Source: Takakia lepidozioides
Taxonomy: Eukaryota > Plantae > Bryophyta
Assembly: GCA_030704615.1 (NCBI GenBank)
Contig: CM060733.1
Location: 75,020,001 to 75,084,000 of the forward strand
Direction: 5' to 3'
Length of the DNA: 64,000 nt
In this document: in pieces, positions 37,736-50,204 of the stretch
Position numbering within the stretch: the first letter of the stretch is position 1
Layout of the letters: the number at the start of each line of letters is the position of its first letter
Notes under the pieces: generated by a model
What the model was told of the DNA's origin: nothing
Databases searched by the model: none
Seen by the model: the letters and a program-made list of their open reading frames with translations, nothing else
Program-made: the position numbers and the translations under genes

Positions 37736-38934
37736 CCTTGGAATCCGCTAGGTGGTTCTTATTTTATGGATGACGCTCTTGAACCTGGAAAAACCACGTC
37801 CCTGTTGAGGGTTGGGTTCTCCTCTGTTGCAGGTGTACGCCTCCGCTGGAGAAGCTCGAGTCCATCGAATCCTTGTGCTGGGTTTTGAAGAATCCAGGGG
37901 CCATGATAAGAAGAGACTTAACTGAAAAAAGAGGAAACCTGATACTGTACTCACAAGAGAGAACGCAGACTTAAACAGTGATGAACTTAACTAGCGAAGA
38001 TGGAGATAGCTAGAGCTAAAAGGGAGGAAACGTGCTTAACAGCCCGATAAATCCTACGATTAGAGCTAAACCGGAAGGGAGATTAGGAGTATCGGGAAGA
38101 GAAAAACCACCAGGAGAGACACTGTCGAAGCGGGAGGCGGGAGTTGGAAGTGTGATGGGGGCTGTCTAATAATTAGAGGCGGCTCTAGTACTTTCAGCTA
38201 GGGATGCAGAATGATTAGAGGAGATGAAAGAGGGAGAAAGAAGCTCGGGGATGAACTAAATAGCAAACACACGAAGATGAATTTTTAGTTCCCACGCCCC
38301 CTTGAAAATTATATGAAAAAGAGGCTTGTTCAACAATGAAGCAGAATGGTGGTGAGTGATGCCATAGATTGAAGGTCGTGATACGAGAAATCTGTGCAAA
38401 CTCGAAGGAGAGAGACGATGAGACTGTTGGGAGGCCGCATAGCTCCGCCATCGCTCTTTGGTCTCGCTTAGATCAAATAATTAGGATGTTACAAAAAAAA
38501 GAAAATAATGAAAAAGAAAATGAGAAAATAATGAAAAAGTGCAAAATCTGAATGTCATGCATTCCATTTGTCGGTGTCATTGACTTTCAAATAATGAATG
38601 CTGAACCGAAAACAAAAAAAAACAAAAAAAAAAACAAAAACAAAAACAAAAACAAAAACACGGGAAGAGGGGTCTAACAGCAAAATGAGTGGGAAACTGT
38701 GGTATTAGGCCCAACATGTTCTACTGCCAAGACAAGGCAGGGCGGGGCTCGCAAGCTCACATGAGCCTGCTTAGGCTCACAGGCTCACGGAGCCAGGCGT
38801 ACATTGTAGCATTCCTTGAGACTCTGCCTTGCAGGTCGTGTGTTAGTGTCAGGTCATTATATGGCATCTGTTTTGGTTCTTGCATGGCCTCTGTCTGGAG
38901 CCTTGGATGCTTGTTGTTCAAATCCTTGAAAGTT

Positions 38935-40355
38935 CTTATTCGCTGCTTTGTTTGGGGTGTGGCAGAAGTTGGTTGCTACCGTAGAGCAATAGTCCCCTAG
39001 CACTAGCTATGGCTTACAAAGAAGGACGGGGGCTTGGGCTTGCATGACCCTAAACTACAAGTTATTGCACTTCTTGCTAAATGGCTGCCTAGAACGCTAA
39101 CTGATAGGGCCCATGAGGCACAGTGCTATTGAGATGTTGCATCATAACATACCCTTATCTGCTTTTTCAAACCTTTGGGCCCCATCGGTCAAGTGGGCAA
39201 TCCAGGGCAGTAAGTTCAATAAGTTGTCTTTAGGGCTCTTTCAGATCTGGTCTGCTTTATGGGAGGCTTGGCTTATAGTCAAAACTCACCTTTCCCAAGG
39301 CCTCCAAATTCTAGAGAGGAAATTTTGCGGCAACCGCTGTTTGGTAATTTGCTTATGAAGGATCTGCTATTGCACGTTGGGCTCCCTAGGAGCTTCGATT
39401 TTTGCTGTCTAGTGGAGATCTGGGACTTAGGTGGGTTGGTCGCCCAAGACACAATCAACACTCGCGTTGGGGTAAGGAGGGCCAATGCCTGATCGTGACA
39501 TTTCATCGCTCATGCTATCCCAATGTCCTAGAAGCAATCACTTATTTCTCCTTTCCCCTTCCTGCTTGGAAAGGTTTCTTTGTGTAGGGTGGGGCCCGAG
39601 GATAGGGGTCTTCCTAAAATGAAGGGCTGGCACCAGGCGGTAGTCAAGTTTTAGGAAGCCCCGTTTGAGGGCCTCACCTTGCGCAAAGAAACAACAAGGA
39701 TTTCGCATTTTGACGGCTGCGATTTCCTTGATCGGACGGCTCACAAAAGCAAGTACCTTATGCGATGTAACGTGCTTCCTCTCCTTGAGAGAAGGAACCT
39801 TACGTGGCATACGGTACCATCCTCACTTGGCGGAGAAATAACTCCCCGTAAGGTGCCATCCTCTCTCTAACTAAGAAATCATGGCTGAGTCTTTACGTTA
39901 GAAATATTATTTCGATTTTGCTTGCATTTCGGTTCTTCAATGAGGGTTATGGGGGTTTAAGCTGATCTCAATGGGCTCTCTCTTTGCTATTCATGTTGTG
40001 GACATTGCATCTGGAAACACTGACCCGTTACCGCCCATTCTTTGTGATATCAGTATTTGGGCGGCCAAATTTTCTCTTTGTTGGCTTCATGCCACCTTGT
40101 TGGTTGATCTAGAATTTGATCCAGATGAATGGTAACGGCCTTAAAACGCCCCATTCTTTCACAACAAAGATAAGCTACTCGTTACTTCTGGACATGACCT
40201 CTTCAGTAGAAAAATGGCATAAGAAATGGATTGTCCTTCCGGCATCTGTAAACTAGAGCGGTATGTGGGATGATGTCTGGTCGCCTTGAAGAGCAACCAA
40301 GTTTCTATGGAAAGTATGTAACAAAATCTTTCCCTTAGGTGCGTACAATGATCCT
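38935..40355 (+). pseudogene. L1-like ORF2 C-terminal fragment
   Basis: IRCFVWG, WLTKKDGGLGLHDPKLQVIALLAKWL and WDDVWSP..KFLWKVCNKIFP (start of zf-RVT). Confidence 0.7.
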
Positions 40356-43300
40356 TGTTACAGGGCTGTCTAGGACTTAGACAATTTACAGGTTCTGTGG
40401 GGTACCCTTAATTTTGCGCAGACATGGCTCTGCTACCATGAGTCACCACAGGCCCACACAGGCCTTAAGGTGCGGCAGTCACAGGCTCACACAGGCCTCA
40501 GGGCACGGTAGACACAGGTCCGCACGGGCTATAGCAGCACAAGCTACCACAGATACAGGGTACGACAGCTGTGACCCTCATATCTGTGCGTCACAACTCC
40601 ACACATTTCCACACATGTCACAGGGTGGCGCTGTTATCACAGTAGGGGAATGGGAACGCGGGAACGAACCACCAACATAGGGAATGGCAATACAGTTCGT
40701 ACTATCGTGACTAACGGTTAGAGTGGTGACTGTTAGTTAGACGGTTAGGACAGCTTGCGGGTAGAAAAGGCAGAATAACTACGGAGGGAGGATCACTTCT
40801 TGATTGCATGGACTTGGAGTACACGGAGGGAGACGCCAAAGTGTAGCTTGATACTTGCCATAGTTTCACTAAGTCTACATTACAGTATCATCTCTACAGC
40901 ATTGTGTAAAGAGACCAAAGAGAAGCTGTGGAATGCCTAGCTAGGTATAGAGATCCGGATTAAATGATTGCATAAGCAATCTGAACCATAACCATAAGCA
41001 TTACGGGCTCAATACACTCATCATGAATGCCATAAGGGTAGAGTGTAGAAAGACACCCCCATGATACACTAGTTGTAGGTCATGACTGATTGTTCTGAGC
41101 GGGCTAAGTACTTGAGTCTTCTAACTCTTCTACCTTAGAGTTTCTACCACGGATAGCTAAGGGATGGGTGAGTAAAAGCCGCTCAATATTTGGCGACCAT
41201 ACTGGGGAACTAAGTCAAGAACAACTAGATGTGACAGGCATTTGGTGGGATCATGGAGGATGGCGAATTAAAGAATTTGATGTGAATCAAATTCCTTGTG
41301 AAACTGGGAAAGAAAGATTGAGCAAGCAATTCTTTCAAAGGTTCTTGGAGTTGCCAGACGGTTGTAAGGAGAATATTATTAAGATAGTGCATGATGCTGA
41401 TCCAGAATGGGGTCTGGAAAAAGGGGTGATAAAGATTTATCAAGTGGCCTGTAAAGGGAGAGCTAGATGGTTACCAACACTAGTTTATGTGATAGCGTTA
41501 CTGTCTATTAAACGAGTAGAGTTTGAAAGCTGGGAAGAGTCAAGAGTGAACATCTACACTCATATGCATGAAGAGCTTAAATTGGTAAAGAATTGGATTC
41601 CAAGGATATCTTGTGGATTAAGCTTACACCAAGAACAGCCTTTCAAACCTGCCTTCCATATGGTTATATGGTAACTAAGTCTTCTAGTCTAGCCAATGAT
41701 GCATTAAAGCTTGAAAGAAATACAGGCATATACGAGAGGTACTACAGTCCTGAGAGAGTTGTGGGTATTGCCTCATGAAAGACATGAAAGACATGGGTCA
41801 TGAGTGATGAAGGGGAAGCAAGAAGAGAGAGATATACAGCAAAAAGAGAAAGCTATATAAAAGCTAACTATCCATATCTCTGGGAAAGAGGCATAGACAT
41901 AGGAGAATCATCTGGACCTCTTACTCCACCAAAACCAGAGGGTATATCACCATTGCTTGAAGATCTTGATCTAGATGCCACACCTTCTTATTCTTTACAA
42001 AAAAAATTAAGGGAGTTGGTGCAGGAATTAGAATGTTAACCACAGGAGGAAAGATCGGAGGTGAATCCCTGGATCAAGGATTTGACAGAAATCTTTGATC
42101 AAAGTTCGCACGGTACACCAAGAGCAGGAACTCCAGTTTCTGATACGCCAGCCAACGAGGGGGAGGAGGAAGAGGAAGAACCTGCTAAGAGTACAGACTC
42201 TCCAACAGCAACTCATTTAAGTTATGTTAGTGAGGAAGGAATAAACCAAGTCAAAGACTTGGAAGATGAAGGATATGAGGAAGTAGAACCAACAACAATT
42301 GTTGATACTACCACTGGGACTACCCAAACCATCGTAGCAGGTTCAAGTGATACACTTGAGTCACTGGCAAACAAAGGTGTTGGTTCAGGGGGATCGGGCG
42401 GGCAGCTTGGATCACTTTCTGGAGGGACAGGGAGTGTGGGAAGTAGTACAACAGTAGCTGCGGCTACTACAAGTTCTCAGGGACCTCAACCGGATTTGGA
42501 CCAACACCAGCCACAGGGCCGGTAATAGTACAACAGATGGCAGCACTAGCAAACACGTATGAGACCACCTTTCCCAGTCTACTCGGGGAAGGGGATCTTG
42601 ATGTACACGTCAATCAATATGAGCATATGTGTATAGTGAACAATGAGAATGATGATGATGCAAAGCTGAGATTATTTCCTTGTTCACTTACCAAGAAAGC
42701 AATTGAGTGGTATGCTCGATTTCCTGATAACCGTTTTCTAACCCGGAATGCTCTTAGAACAGCATTCCGGAACAGATTCAGGACAAGCAAAACCACAGGG
42801 GAAGTGTACCGTAGCCTACAATAGTTGAGACAAAATAAGCATGAAACTGTTGAGTCCAGTATCTGGAAAAGATGGAATTAGTGATTAGGAAACTGACTAA
42901 TGTGCCACCTGCAGATTTACAAAAGACATGGTTTGTAAATGTCTGAGACCTGAGTTACAAAGAAAGGTGGATATGTTACCACATAATACAGTAGAAGAGG
43001 CATTTGAAACCGCCAACATAATTGAGCAAGAAAAAATGCTTAGGAAGGATAAAAATGATGATGATGACTCTGAAGATGAGTTAGACATGAGGAAGAGGAG
43101 CAAGAGGACAAGACAAAGTCCAAGAAGAAGGAGAAAAGATTGGAAGAGATCTTGAAGAAGTATGCTACAAAAGCTGCAATACACTGGAGGAAAGGTGTCT
43201 GGTGTTCAAAATGCCAAAATGAAGGCCATACCACAACCGAATGCCACATGAAAAAGAAACATTGTTCTATCTGTAAAATGAATAACCATTCTACTGAGAA

Positions 43301-44210
43301 TTGTTACTACAACAGGAAGACAACAACAGGGAGAATAGACAGGCGGGGGTGCATCAGGTGCACCCAACCAAGAAGCAACAATGACCATGGTAACTATGGT
43401 AGACCTGGTGGATATAACAATGGCATGGCAGGAAGAGGAAATTACCAAGGCAATCCCAGAGGCAACTATCAGGGTAATCCAAGGGGGATTACCAGCCCGG
43501 GACTCAGGATTATAGAAATAATCCAAGAATGGACCAGGGGCGAGGTCCAAATGGTGAAGAATTGTGTTACTATTGTAACCAACCAGGACATTGCAAGGCA
43601 GCCTGTCCATTTTGGATTAGACATCAGAATGAGATGAAACTCCTGTAAATGAAGGCCAATAGTGGCAGCTCACATGGTAATGCCATGTTTTGTACCAGAA
43701 GTAAGTACCATGATAATTACCAGAAGTAAGGCTAAGTTATTGCCTTTGGTAGATGAGGAAGAAGAAGACAATGAGGATGACAATGATGTGCCTGAAGATG
43801 AGGCCTGGAGGGAAGAGAAGGAACTACACAAGGAAGTGGCAGATACTATGAGGGAATATAGAAGAATACATATATTCCTATAGCAAAGTCATCAGACTCT
43901 GAAGGAGAAGATGAAGAAGATGAAGATGAGGAAACAATGAAGCATGATGCTTCACATGTGCTAAATGTTGAAGGGGCATTGGCTGAAGTAATATGCCAGT
44001 CCAAAGCAGAGATTACAATTGGGTAGCTATTGGCTGTGGCACCCCACTGTAGACACAGGTGTATCAAGCAATCAATCAGATTGCTCACGTAATAGAAAGT
44101 ACAGACCTGAGCAGCAAAGTGACAAGCTATAATGTGAAGCCTGAAGGGCAAGAAACTGTCATGGACTATGACGACTCCATGCCAGTAATCCAATTGAAAA
44201 TTGGAAGCAG
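40356..44210 (+). mobile_element. Truncated Ty3/gypsy-like element: 5' LTR, PBS and degraded gag
   Basis: Putative LTR 40356-40622 (TGTTACA...TGTCACA) followed by a PBS-like TGGCGCTGTT at 40626. Gag motifs LRLFPCSLTKKAIEWY, three CCHC-type knuckles and ITRSK. Breaks off before the protease. Confidence 0.7.
42537..44200 (+). pseudogene. gag: Gag pseudogene with multiple zinc knuckles
   Basis: WCSKCQNEGHTTTEC, CSICKMNNHSTENC and (frameshifted) CYYCNQPGHCKAACP. Confidence 0.8.
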
Positions 44211-44436
44211 TAACTAGTGTGAGGGCGCGGTTGAAGTATATAGTGAGGGGTAGTGTTGTGGGTATAGTAGAGCTGGTCGTTGATGAGTGCAGGGGGAGGG
44301 GTCTATTGACGGGTAATTTTTATGGGAGCCAATATTATGAGGTCGGCTATGCTTTGGCGGTGGAACTCCTGCCAGTGGACCTGGGAGAACTCCATCCAAG
44401 AGACGTATACTCCTGAACGACTCTGCTCCTCTTATC

Positions 44437-44596
44437 CAGTGTATGGGGACATTCGTATTGGGATAGAGGACGAAACGCACGGAGACGGCGGGCCCACAGT
44501 GAAGCTTTCCATATTCCATGGTGGTTTGATTGAAGGGCACGACATTGTGGCCAACTTGAACACGGGCGCGACATCAGCTGCAATCCACTTTTCCTG
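44437..44596 (+). repeat. 160-bp flanking direct repeat, left copy
   Basis: Matches 55967-56126 with one substitution seen. Confidence 0.95.
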
Positions 44597-44777
44597 CGCA
44601 TACATATCGCTACACAACTACATCGCTGTCCCAAACCACACAACACATGTGCACACCACACACTAGTGTACCACTAGTCTGCCACTAGTCCAGCCACTAG
44701 TCCAACCACTAGGCTACAACTAGTCAGTCACTAGGCTGCCACTACGCTGCCCACTATGGCAGTCACTAGTCCACACA
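44595..44777 (-). repeat. Displaced copy of the 5' (U3) part of the LTR
   Basis: Matches 45113-45293 with two indels and one substitution seen. Confidence 0.9.
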
Positions 44778-44778
44778 A

Positions 44779-45293
44779 TGATAAAGAAGAAGAATACAAG
44801 CACAAGCTCATGCGAGCTCACAAAGCTGAAGCATAAACTCATGCATATATAACCTCATCACTCAAATACAAGTCAAGCCAAGTGCACCCCACGCCATGGG
44901 GAATCCACACTACGGCGCCATAGCTAGGCGCGGTGAGGCTCAACTCGAGAAAGATGAGCCTCCCGCGCTTGCCGTGAAGATAACCACTCCAGGGCCTAAA
45001 TCTGCCTTGACCCCTGGATTGACACTTGGGCCAATCCCAAATGTCAATATGTAAAAGCTAGCTATTTCCTAGCTAGTTTCACACTAGTGGTAAAATAACT
45101 TGACAGCTGTCGTGCGCATACATATCGCTACACAACTACATCGCTGTCCAAACCACACAACACATGTGCACACCACACACTAGTATACCACTAGTCTCCA
45201 CTAGTCCAGCCACTAGTCCAACCACTAGGCTACAACTAGTCAGTCACTAGGCTGCCACTACGCTGCCCACTATGGCAGTCACTAGTCCACACA
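44779..45293 (-). repeat. Complete 3' LTR (~515 bp, TG...CA)
   Basis: The minus strand begins TGTGTGG after the PPT-like AGGGGGGCGAT and ends CTTTATCA. Confidence 0.8.
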
Positions 45294-45553
45294 ATCGCCC
45301 CCCTAGCTGGTGCTTAGGTCCCTCTAAGTCCAGGTAGCCACAAGATGTGATAGTGACCATAGCCTCACTAAGTCCTCCACCACTATCCCTACTACACTCA
45401 AACTCGATAGATCAAGAGGCCGGGTGCAAGAGTTGCCCCATCGTTAGTCGCCGTCTTGCAACCTGTGAACTTGAGCTTGGGATCTCATGTATTGACTCCT
45501 ATGAGCTTGGCCTCCCATGTCTTGTTAGCTGCCTCCAGTCATGTCCACTGCCA

Positions 45554-47005
45554 CTATCCCAAGCAGTGTGGACACAACCAATCTCCGTCAGGAACCTTCT
45601 CAAGAGGTGGTGTCAAGCATCCCATATGCCAACCCCTTGAGCACCGATCACACACCAGCATGGTGGCTGCCCCTTTGGCAGACCCACAGAGCATGCACCT
45701 CAAACCTGCAGGTACCACTGCCAAGTTTGGGTCAACTCTGCCATCGACATTGGGAAGGTGACATGGCGCACAATTACGCACATGGTCTTTCCAAGTCATG
45801 CCATCCCGACCCTCTAAGATCAGGACCCCTGAGGGCAACACCTCTCGAACCCTCAGAATAACACGCCCTGCAGTAACATCCAGAGTCGTAGGAGCAGTCT
45901 GCTGCAAATAAACATAGTCACCAGGGCTAAACCTCCGAACCCCAGGACGATATCCTCCACCACGTATAGTGGCATACCTCAACGTATCACGGTGCTGTGC
46001 AATGGCAAGGTTCTCAAAAGCCATGGGCATGACTTTCTTGAACAACTCTGCACGCTGATCACATGCACGTACCCACACGTCCGGATCGTCAAGGTTAAGG
46101 ACTTGAGCAGTGTCCCTACGAATGGCTGCAGGCAAATCCGGCTCTCGGCCAAAGAGAAGGAAATATGGTGAGAAGGAGGCAAGTGATGCTTGTTTGCTGA
46201 ACCTGTAGCCCATGGCTAACCAAGGAACCTGAAGATCCCAATCTCCTAGGTGTCCCTTCTGCAAGCCATACTTGCGCAAACCCCTCTTCACCGTCTGAAC
46301 AACTCTCTCTGCTAAGCCATCGGCCTCAGGATGATCCCGAGAAGTGGTGCGGTGGTCTATCAAGGCTTTATCACACAAAGCCTGAAACTCCCCCAAGAAC
46401 TCTCTCCCTTGGTCCGTGAGTACCTCAGCTGGAGCACCAAATCGGCTAAGCACACGATCCAAGAATGCATACGCAGCCCCCACTAGCCTTGTCAGGCAAT
46501 GGAACCAACTCAATCCACTTGGAGAAGTGCTCCACCATCACACCACATATCTGTGGTGGCGCATAGTCAGTGGCAACGGTCCTGCGAAGTCAAGACTCCA
46601 CCTGTAGCCCAATCCCATGATAGGTAAAGGATGCAACTGTGGTGTAGGGGCGTTGAATGAAGCACGCACCCTGTCACACACCATGCACCTAGCCACAAAC
46701 TGTTGCACCTCTGTATGCATACCACGCCACCAATACTGCCCCTGCAGTAAACTGTGAGTGCGTCGCACTCCAAAATGCCCCAACTCCTCATGGGCATGCC
46801 GCACTAACCGTGCACGCTGTGTGGGGTGAGGCACAATCCTCACCCGACCATCCTCCCACACTCGAAGTAGGTGTATCCCCTCCCACTTGAACCTCTTGGC
46901 TCGTTGCAGGATCCGATCCCTCTCCTGGCAGTCACAATGGCTGCCGTGTCTCCCGTGCGGAGGTAGTCCAACACAGCCGATCCTCATGTATATCTCTGGC
47001 ACCAC
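45554..47005 (-). CDS. Integrase (HHCC + DDE) with C-terminal PHD finger; frameshift at ~46520
   Basis: AHEELGHFG...CMVC; WSLDFAGP, VLTDQGREF, LAERVVQ; CMLC...CDRC...WHMGC...WLCPHC (C4HC3). Confidence 0.92.
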
Positions 47006-47050
47006 CTAGCTCATCACTAGCCTCAGGGTCCTCAGACACTCCGTCTACAG

Positions 47051-48523
47051 TCATCCCTGTTGTAGGTCCAATCTGACCTCCCGATGCCAAGATACACAAA
47101 ATGCAGATGCGTGCCATCCCGGCACCATCTCCTCGTCCGTCTCACCATGCCACCGAGCTCCAGTGTCATCCTGCTGGCTCATGCATGGATTGCGACTCAA
47201 TCCATCCGCATCCCGATTGACCAAACCCGGTCGATGCACAACCTGAAAGTCATACTCCTGGAGTATAAGTGCCCACCGTGCAAGCTTCCCCGTAAGCTTG
47301 TCTGACTCCATCAACCACTTGAGTGCTGGTGATCCGTGACAAGGGTGAAAAGATTGCCGTATAGATAGCACCTGAAGTGTGCCACGGCCCACACTGCAGC
47401 TAAGCACTCTCCCTCATATGAGCTGTACTTAGCCTCTGCAGCGTTTGTTCGAGCGGCTAGCGTAAGCCACTACGAACTCTCTTCCCTCATCATCCACCTG
47501 TGTGAGCACCGCTCCAAGCCCCAGCATGCTCCAATCCGTATGCAGCTGAAAGGGACGCCCCCTGATAGGTCGTCTCAAGATAGGCGCCGAGGTCAACCTC
47601 GCCTTGAGCTCTTGAAAAGCTCGTTCCTGCTCATCTTCCCACTGCCACTCCTGGTCCACCTTGGTCAGCTTGGTTAGAGCCTTTGCAATGGTACTAAATC
47701 CCTTGACAAACCGTCTATAATAGTTTGCCAACCCCATGAAAGCTCGAACTCGGCTCACATCCGTGGGGCGTGGAATTTGTGCAATGGCCTCTACCTTAGT
47801 CTGCTGTACCCCCAATCCTCCAGGATATATCATGTGACCCAGATACTCAATCTGGTTGTGGAAAAACTTGCACTTCCCCGGATGCAACTTCAATCCGTGC
47901 GCTCTCAAGCGCTCCAATACCACCTGAAGGTGTCTCTCATGCTCCTCCATCGTAACACTAAAGATGATGATGTCATCTATGTAGCACCGAGCAAAGTCCA
48001 CCCCTGCTAGAATCCTATCCATGACTCTCTGAAACTCTGCAGGAGCATTCTTAAGCCCAAATGGTAAGAACCGCCACTGATATAGGCAATCCTTGCCGTG
48101 CTCATTGATCCCCCAGAATGCCGTCTTCTGCTTGTCCGCCTCCTTGATTGGCAACTGGTGATATCCGGATCGTAAATCCAAAGTGCTAAAGGCCTTAGCA
48201 TGCCCGATGGCATCAAAGATCTCCTCTGGTGTTGGCATGGCATACTTATCGGACTTGGTCTGACGATTTACAGGCCGGTAATCACCGCACATACGTCTCT
48301 CCGTCCAATTGCCATAGACATCCTTCTTGGCTGGCATCACTGTGGCTGAAGCATACTCTCCACCAGAGAGCTCCACCAAACCTGCCTCCCAGAGATCTTG
48401 AGTCCTCATCTGAATCAAAGACCTCTCCATGTCACTGTATCTATAGGGTCTCCGAAAGATTGGCGTGTCAGTGGCCAACTCAATACGGATCTCTTGACCC
48501 TTCAGTGCTCCCAAGTCCTTCAA
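47051..48523 (-). CDS. pol: Reverse transcriptase and RNase H; frameshifts near the RNase H end
   Basis: CGDYRPVN, LDLRSGYHQ, LPFGLKNAP, CYIDDIIIF, HTDWSMLGLGAVL, LARWALILQEYDF, NRDADGLSR. Confidence 0.95.
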
Positions 48524-48797
48524 ACTGAAGGCAAAGCAATTCCTGTAAGCCCTCAGGAACCGCCGTATACGTCGTCTCTCTCCTCCGGTGACAATGGGTC
48601 CAATGTCAGGCTCCCAATTGTCCTCCGTAACTACAACCTTAAGTCCAGTGGGCTTAGAGGTAGAGGACGCGTCCCGTGGTTGCTATGCTGCAACCTCTTG
48701 AGCAGTACTCCCTACCTGCTCAGTCAATGACAAGGCCTCATCCTGCCCCATCATCTCATCCTTGAGGACCTCCTCAACCCGAGAAGAATCCCCAACC

Positions 48798-50204
48798 TCA
48801 TCCATCACAGCCCTTGGCTGCCAACTCCCTCTGAACCTCGAGCACCTCCCACGTGTGCCATGGATGCATGCACCCCGTGGTCCTCATATGCTCGCCCCCA
48901 CTCACTGCCTGTACCGTCTCGGTAGGCAGAGAGACCATTGAGGGAAGTGTATTCCGCACTCTGCGTTGCTCAGCTAGAGCCAAGCTGATAATCCAGGTCA
49001 AGCAATTGAGATCCATTGCTTGCCCCAACACTTGACGACGTGATGCCTCAGAAAGAGACGACACCGCCGTGGTACCAGTGGTAAAACCCATTGCCCGCTC
49101 ACGCTCGTCAGCATTAGGCTCCACTAACTGCTGCAACTGAGCATCCCACAGGAGGCCAGGTCCACTATCCCGGAAAGCATGCGATCCTGGGAAGCTGAGC
49201 AGTGTAGGTAATGCTGCTCGTGGTTGACCCACCTTGTTGACCACTGCCAAAGGCGAACGGTCATCGTGTCTCACACGTTGAGACTGCCTCCCTGTGTCCA
49301 GAATGTTATCCACTGTGAGATGTGCTGGCCGCTGCACCCCATCAAATGCACGCTTGAGCAGTGCGGGTGGCATCATGTTAGTCCACCATAGCCGTGGACG
49401 ATGAGCCCGTGACCCCACTGTAGCTGCATCTAGCAGCAACACTGCTGACCCAAGCCACGACCGGACTTGATGCACACTGGCCATCACCCTGGCCCGAGAA
49501 TCGCCCATCAGTGGCACATTCTCCAAGATGTATGCTGGAGATACAGCTTGATGAAGCTGCAAGTGGCGCAAAACCCGCACCATCTCCCAAAACAGACCCG
49601 ACCTCGAGTCTCGCAATCCATTGCCATGCCCGGCTGATGAATGCCCTTGGCAGGGCCAACCTGCCACTACCAGATCAATGGAGCCAACCCGCTCCAAATC
49701 CTGCGCCCCCAGCAACGAAATGTCTGCTGGCAAGGCCTGCTGATATCCACGAATTGCAGACACCGACAACAACTCAGGGTACCGCTGCACCAACTGAGCA
49801 ACATGGCGAAGTGAAACGCGTCGTGCAGTCTCATCCCTCTCCACATACAGGTAACGCCGAACTCGTACACCTGCCTGTAACACAGCAGCCAATCCGGTGC
49901 TGATCCCGCCAAACAAGTCCAGAAGACAAATGCCTTCATCCGGAGACTGCCACACAATAGGTGTGGTGTCCAATGGAGACAATTGAGGTGGTCCTGGTGC
50001 AATCCCCACACTCTCCTCCTCTCCTGACGGTACAAAAGCCTCCACCCAGGCTTGTTGCACCCGTCGATCAGCATCCCGCTGCAAATCCTTGCTCGTGCCC
50101 CCACAATGGAGTCTGAGCAACCATGGTAGGCAACTCCGCCATACCATACATGTCATCCTGCTCTCCCGGAGGTGGTACATCCTCTGAATGAGCATTGCCC
50201 TCAA
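48798..50204 (-). CDS. C5 DNA cytosine methyltransferase domain within the retrotransposon polyprotein
   Basis: Motif I LLDLFGGIS, II YVERD, IV VAGWPCQG (catalytic PC), VI ILENV, VIII AHRPRLWW, and IX/X ERERAMGF...VLGQAMD, all in one open frame. Confidence 0.93.
   Translation of the reverse strand: MRAMLIQRMYHLRESRMTCMVWRSCLPWLLRLHCGGTSKDLQRDADRRVQQAWVEAFVPSGEEESVGIAPGPPQLSPLDTTPIVWQSPDEGICLLDLFGGISTGLAAVLQAGVRVRRYLYVERDETARRVSLRHVAQLVQRYPELLSVSAIRGYQQALPADISLLGAQDLERVGSIDLVVAGWPCQGHSSAGHGNGLRDSRSGLFWEMVRVLRHLQLHQAVSPAYILENVPLMGDSRARVMASVHQVRSWLGSAVLLLDAATVGSRAHRPRLWWTNMMPPALLKRAFDGVQRPAHLTVDNILDTGRQSQRVRHDDRSPLAVVNKVGQPRAALPTLLSFPGSHAFRDSGPGLLWDAQLQQLVEPNADERERAMGFTTGTTAVSSLSEASRRQVLGQAMDLNCLTWIISLALAEQRRVRNTLPSMVSLPTETVQAVSGGEHMRTTGCMHPWHTWEVLEVQRELAAKGCDG

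Noticed and set aside
44779-45105. A 327-bp TG...CA segment as the complete LTR
   Set aside because: No polypurine tract is adjacent to it. The PPT-like run precedes 45293, which favours a ~515-bp LTR.
48798-50204. Bacterial restriction-modification gene or contamination
   Set aside because: It is collinear with protease and RT inside LTR-bounded plant-like DNA, with no restriction enzyme partner.
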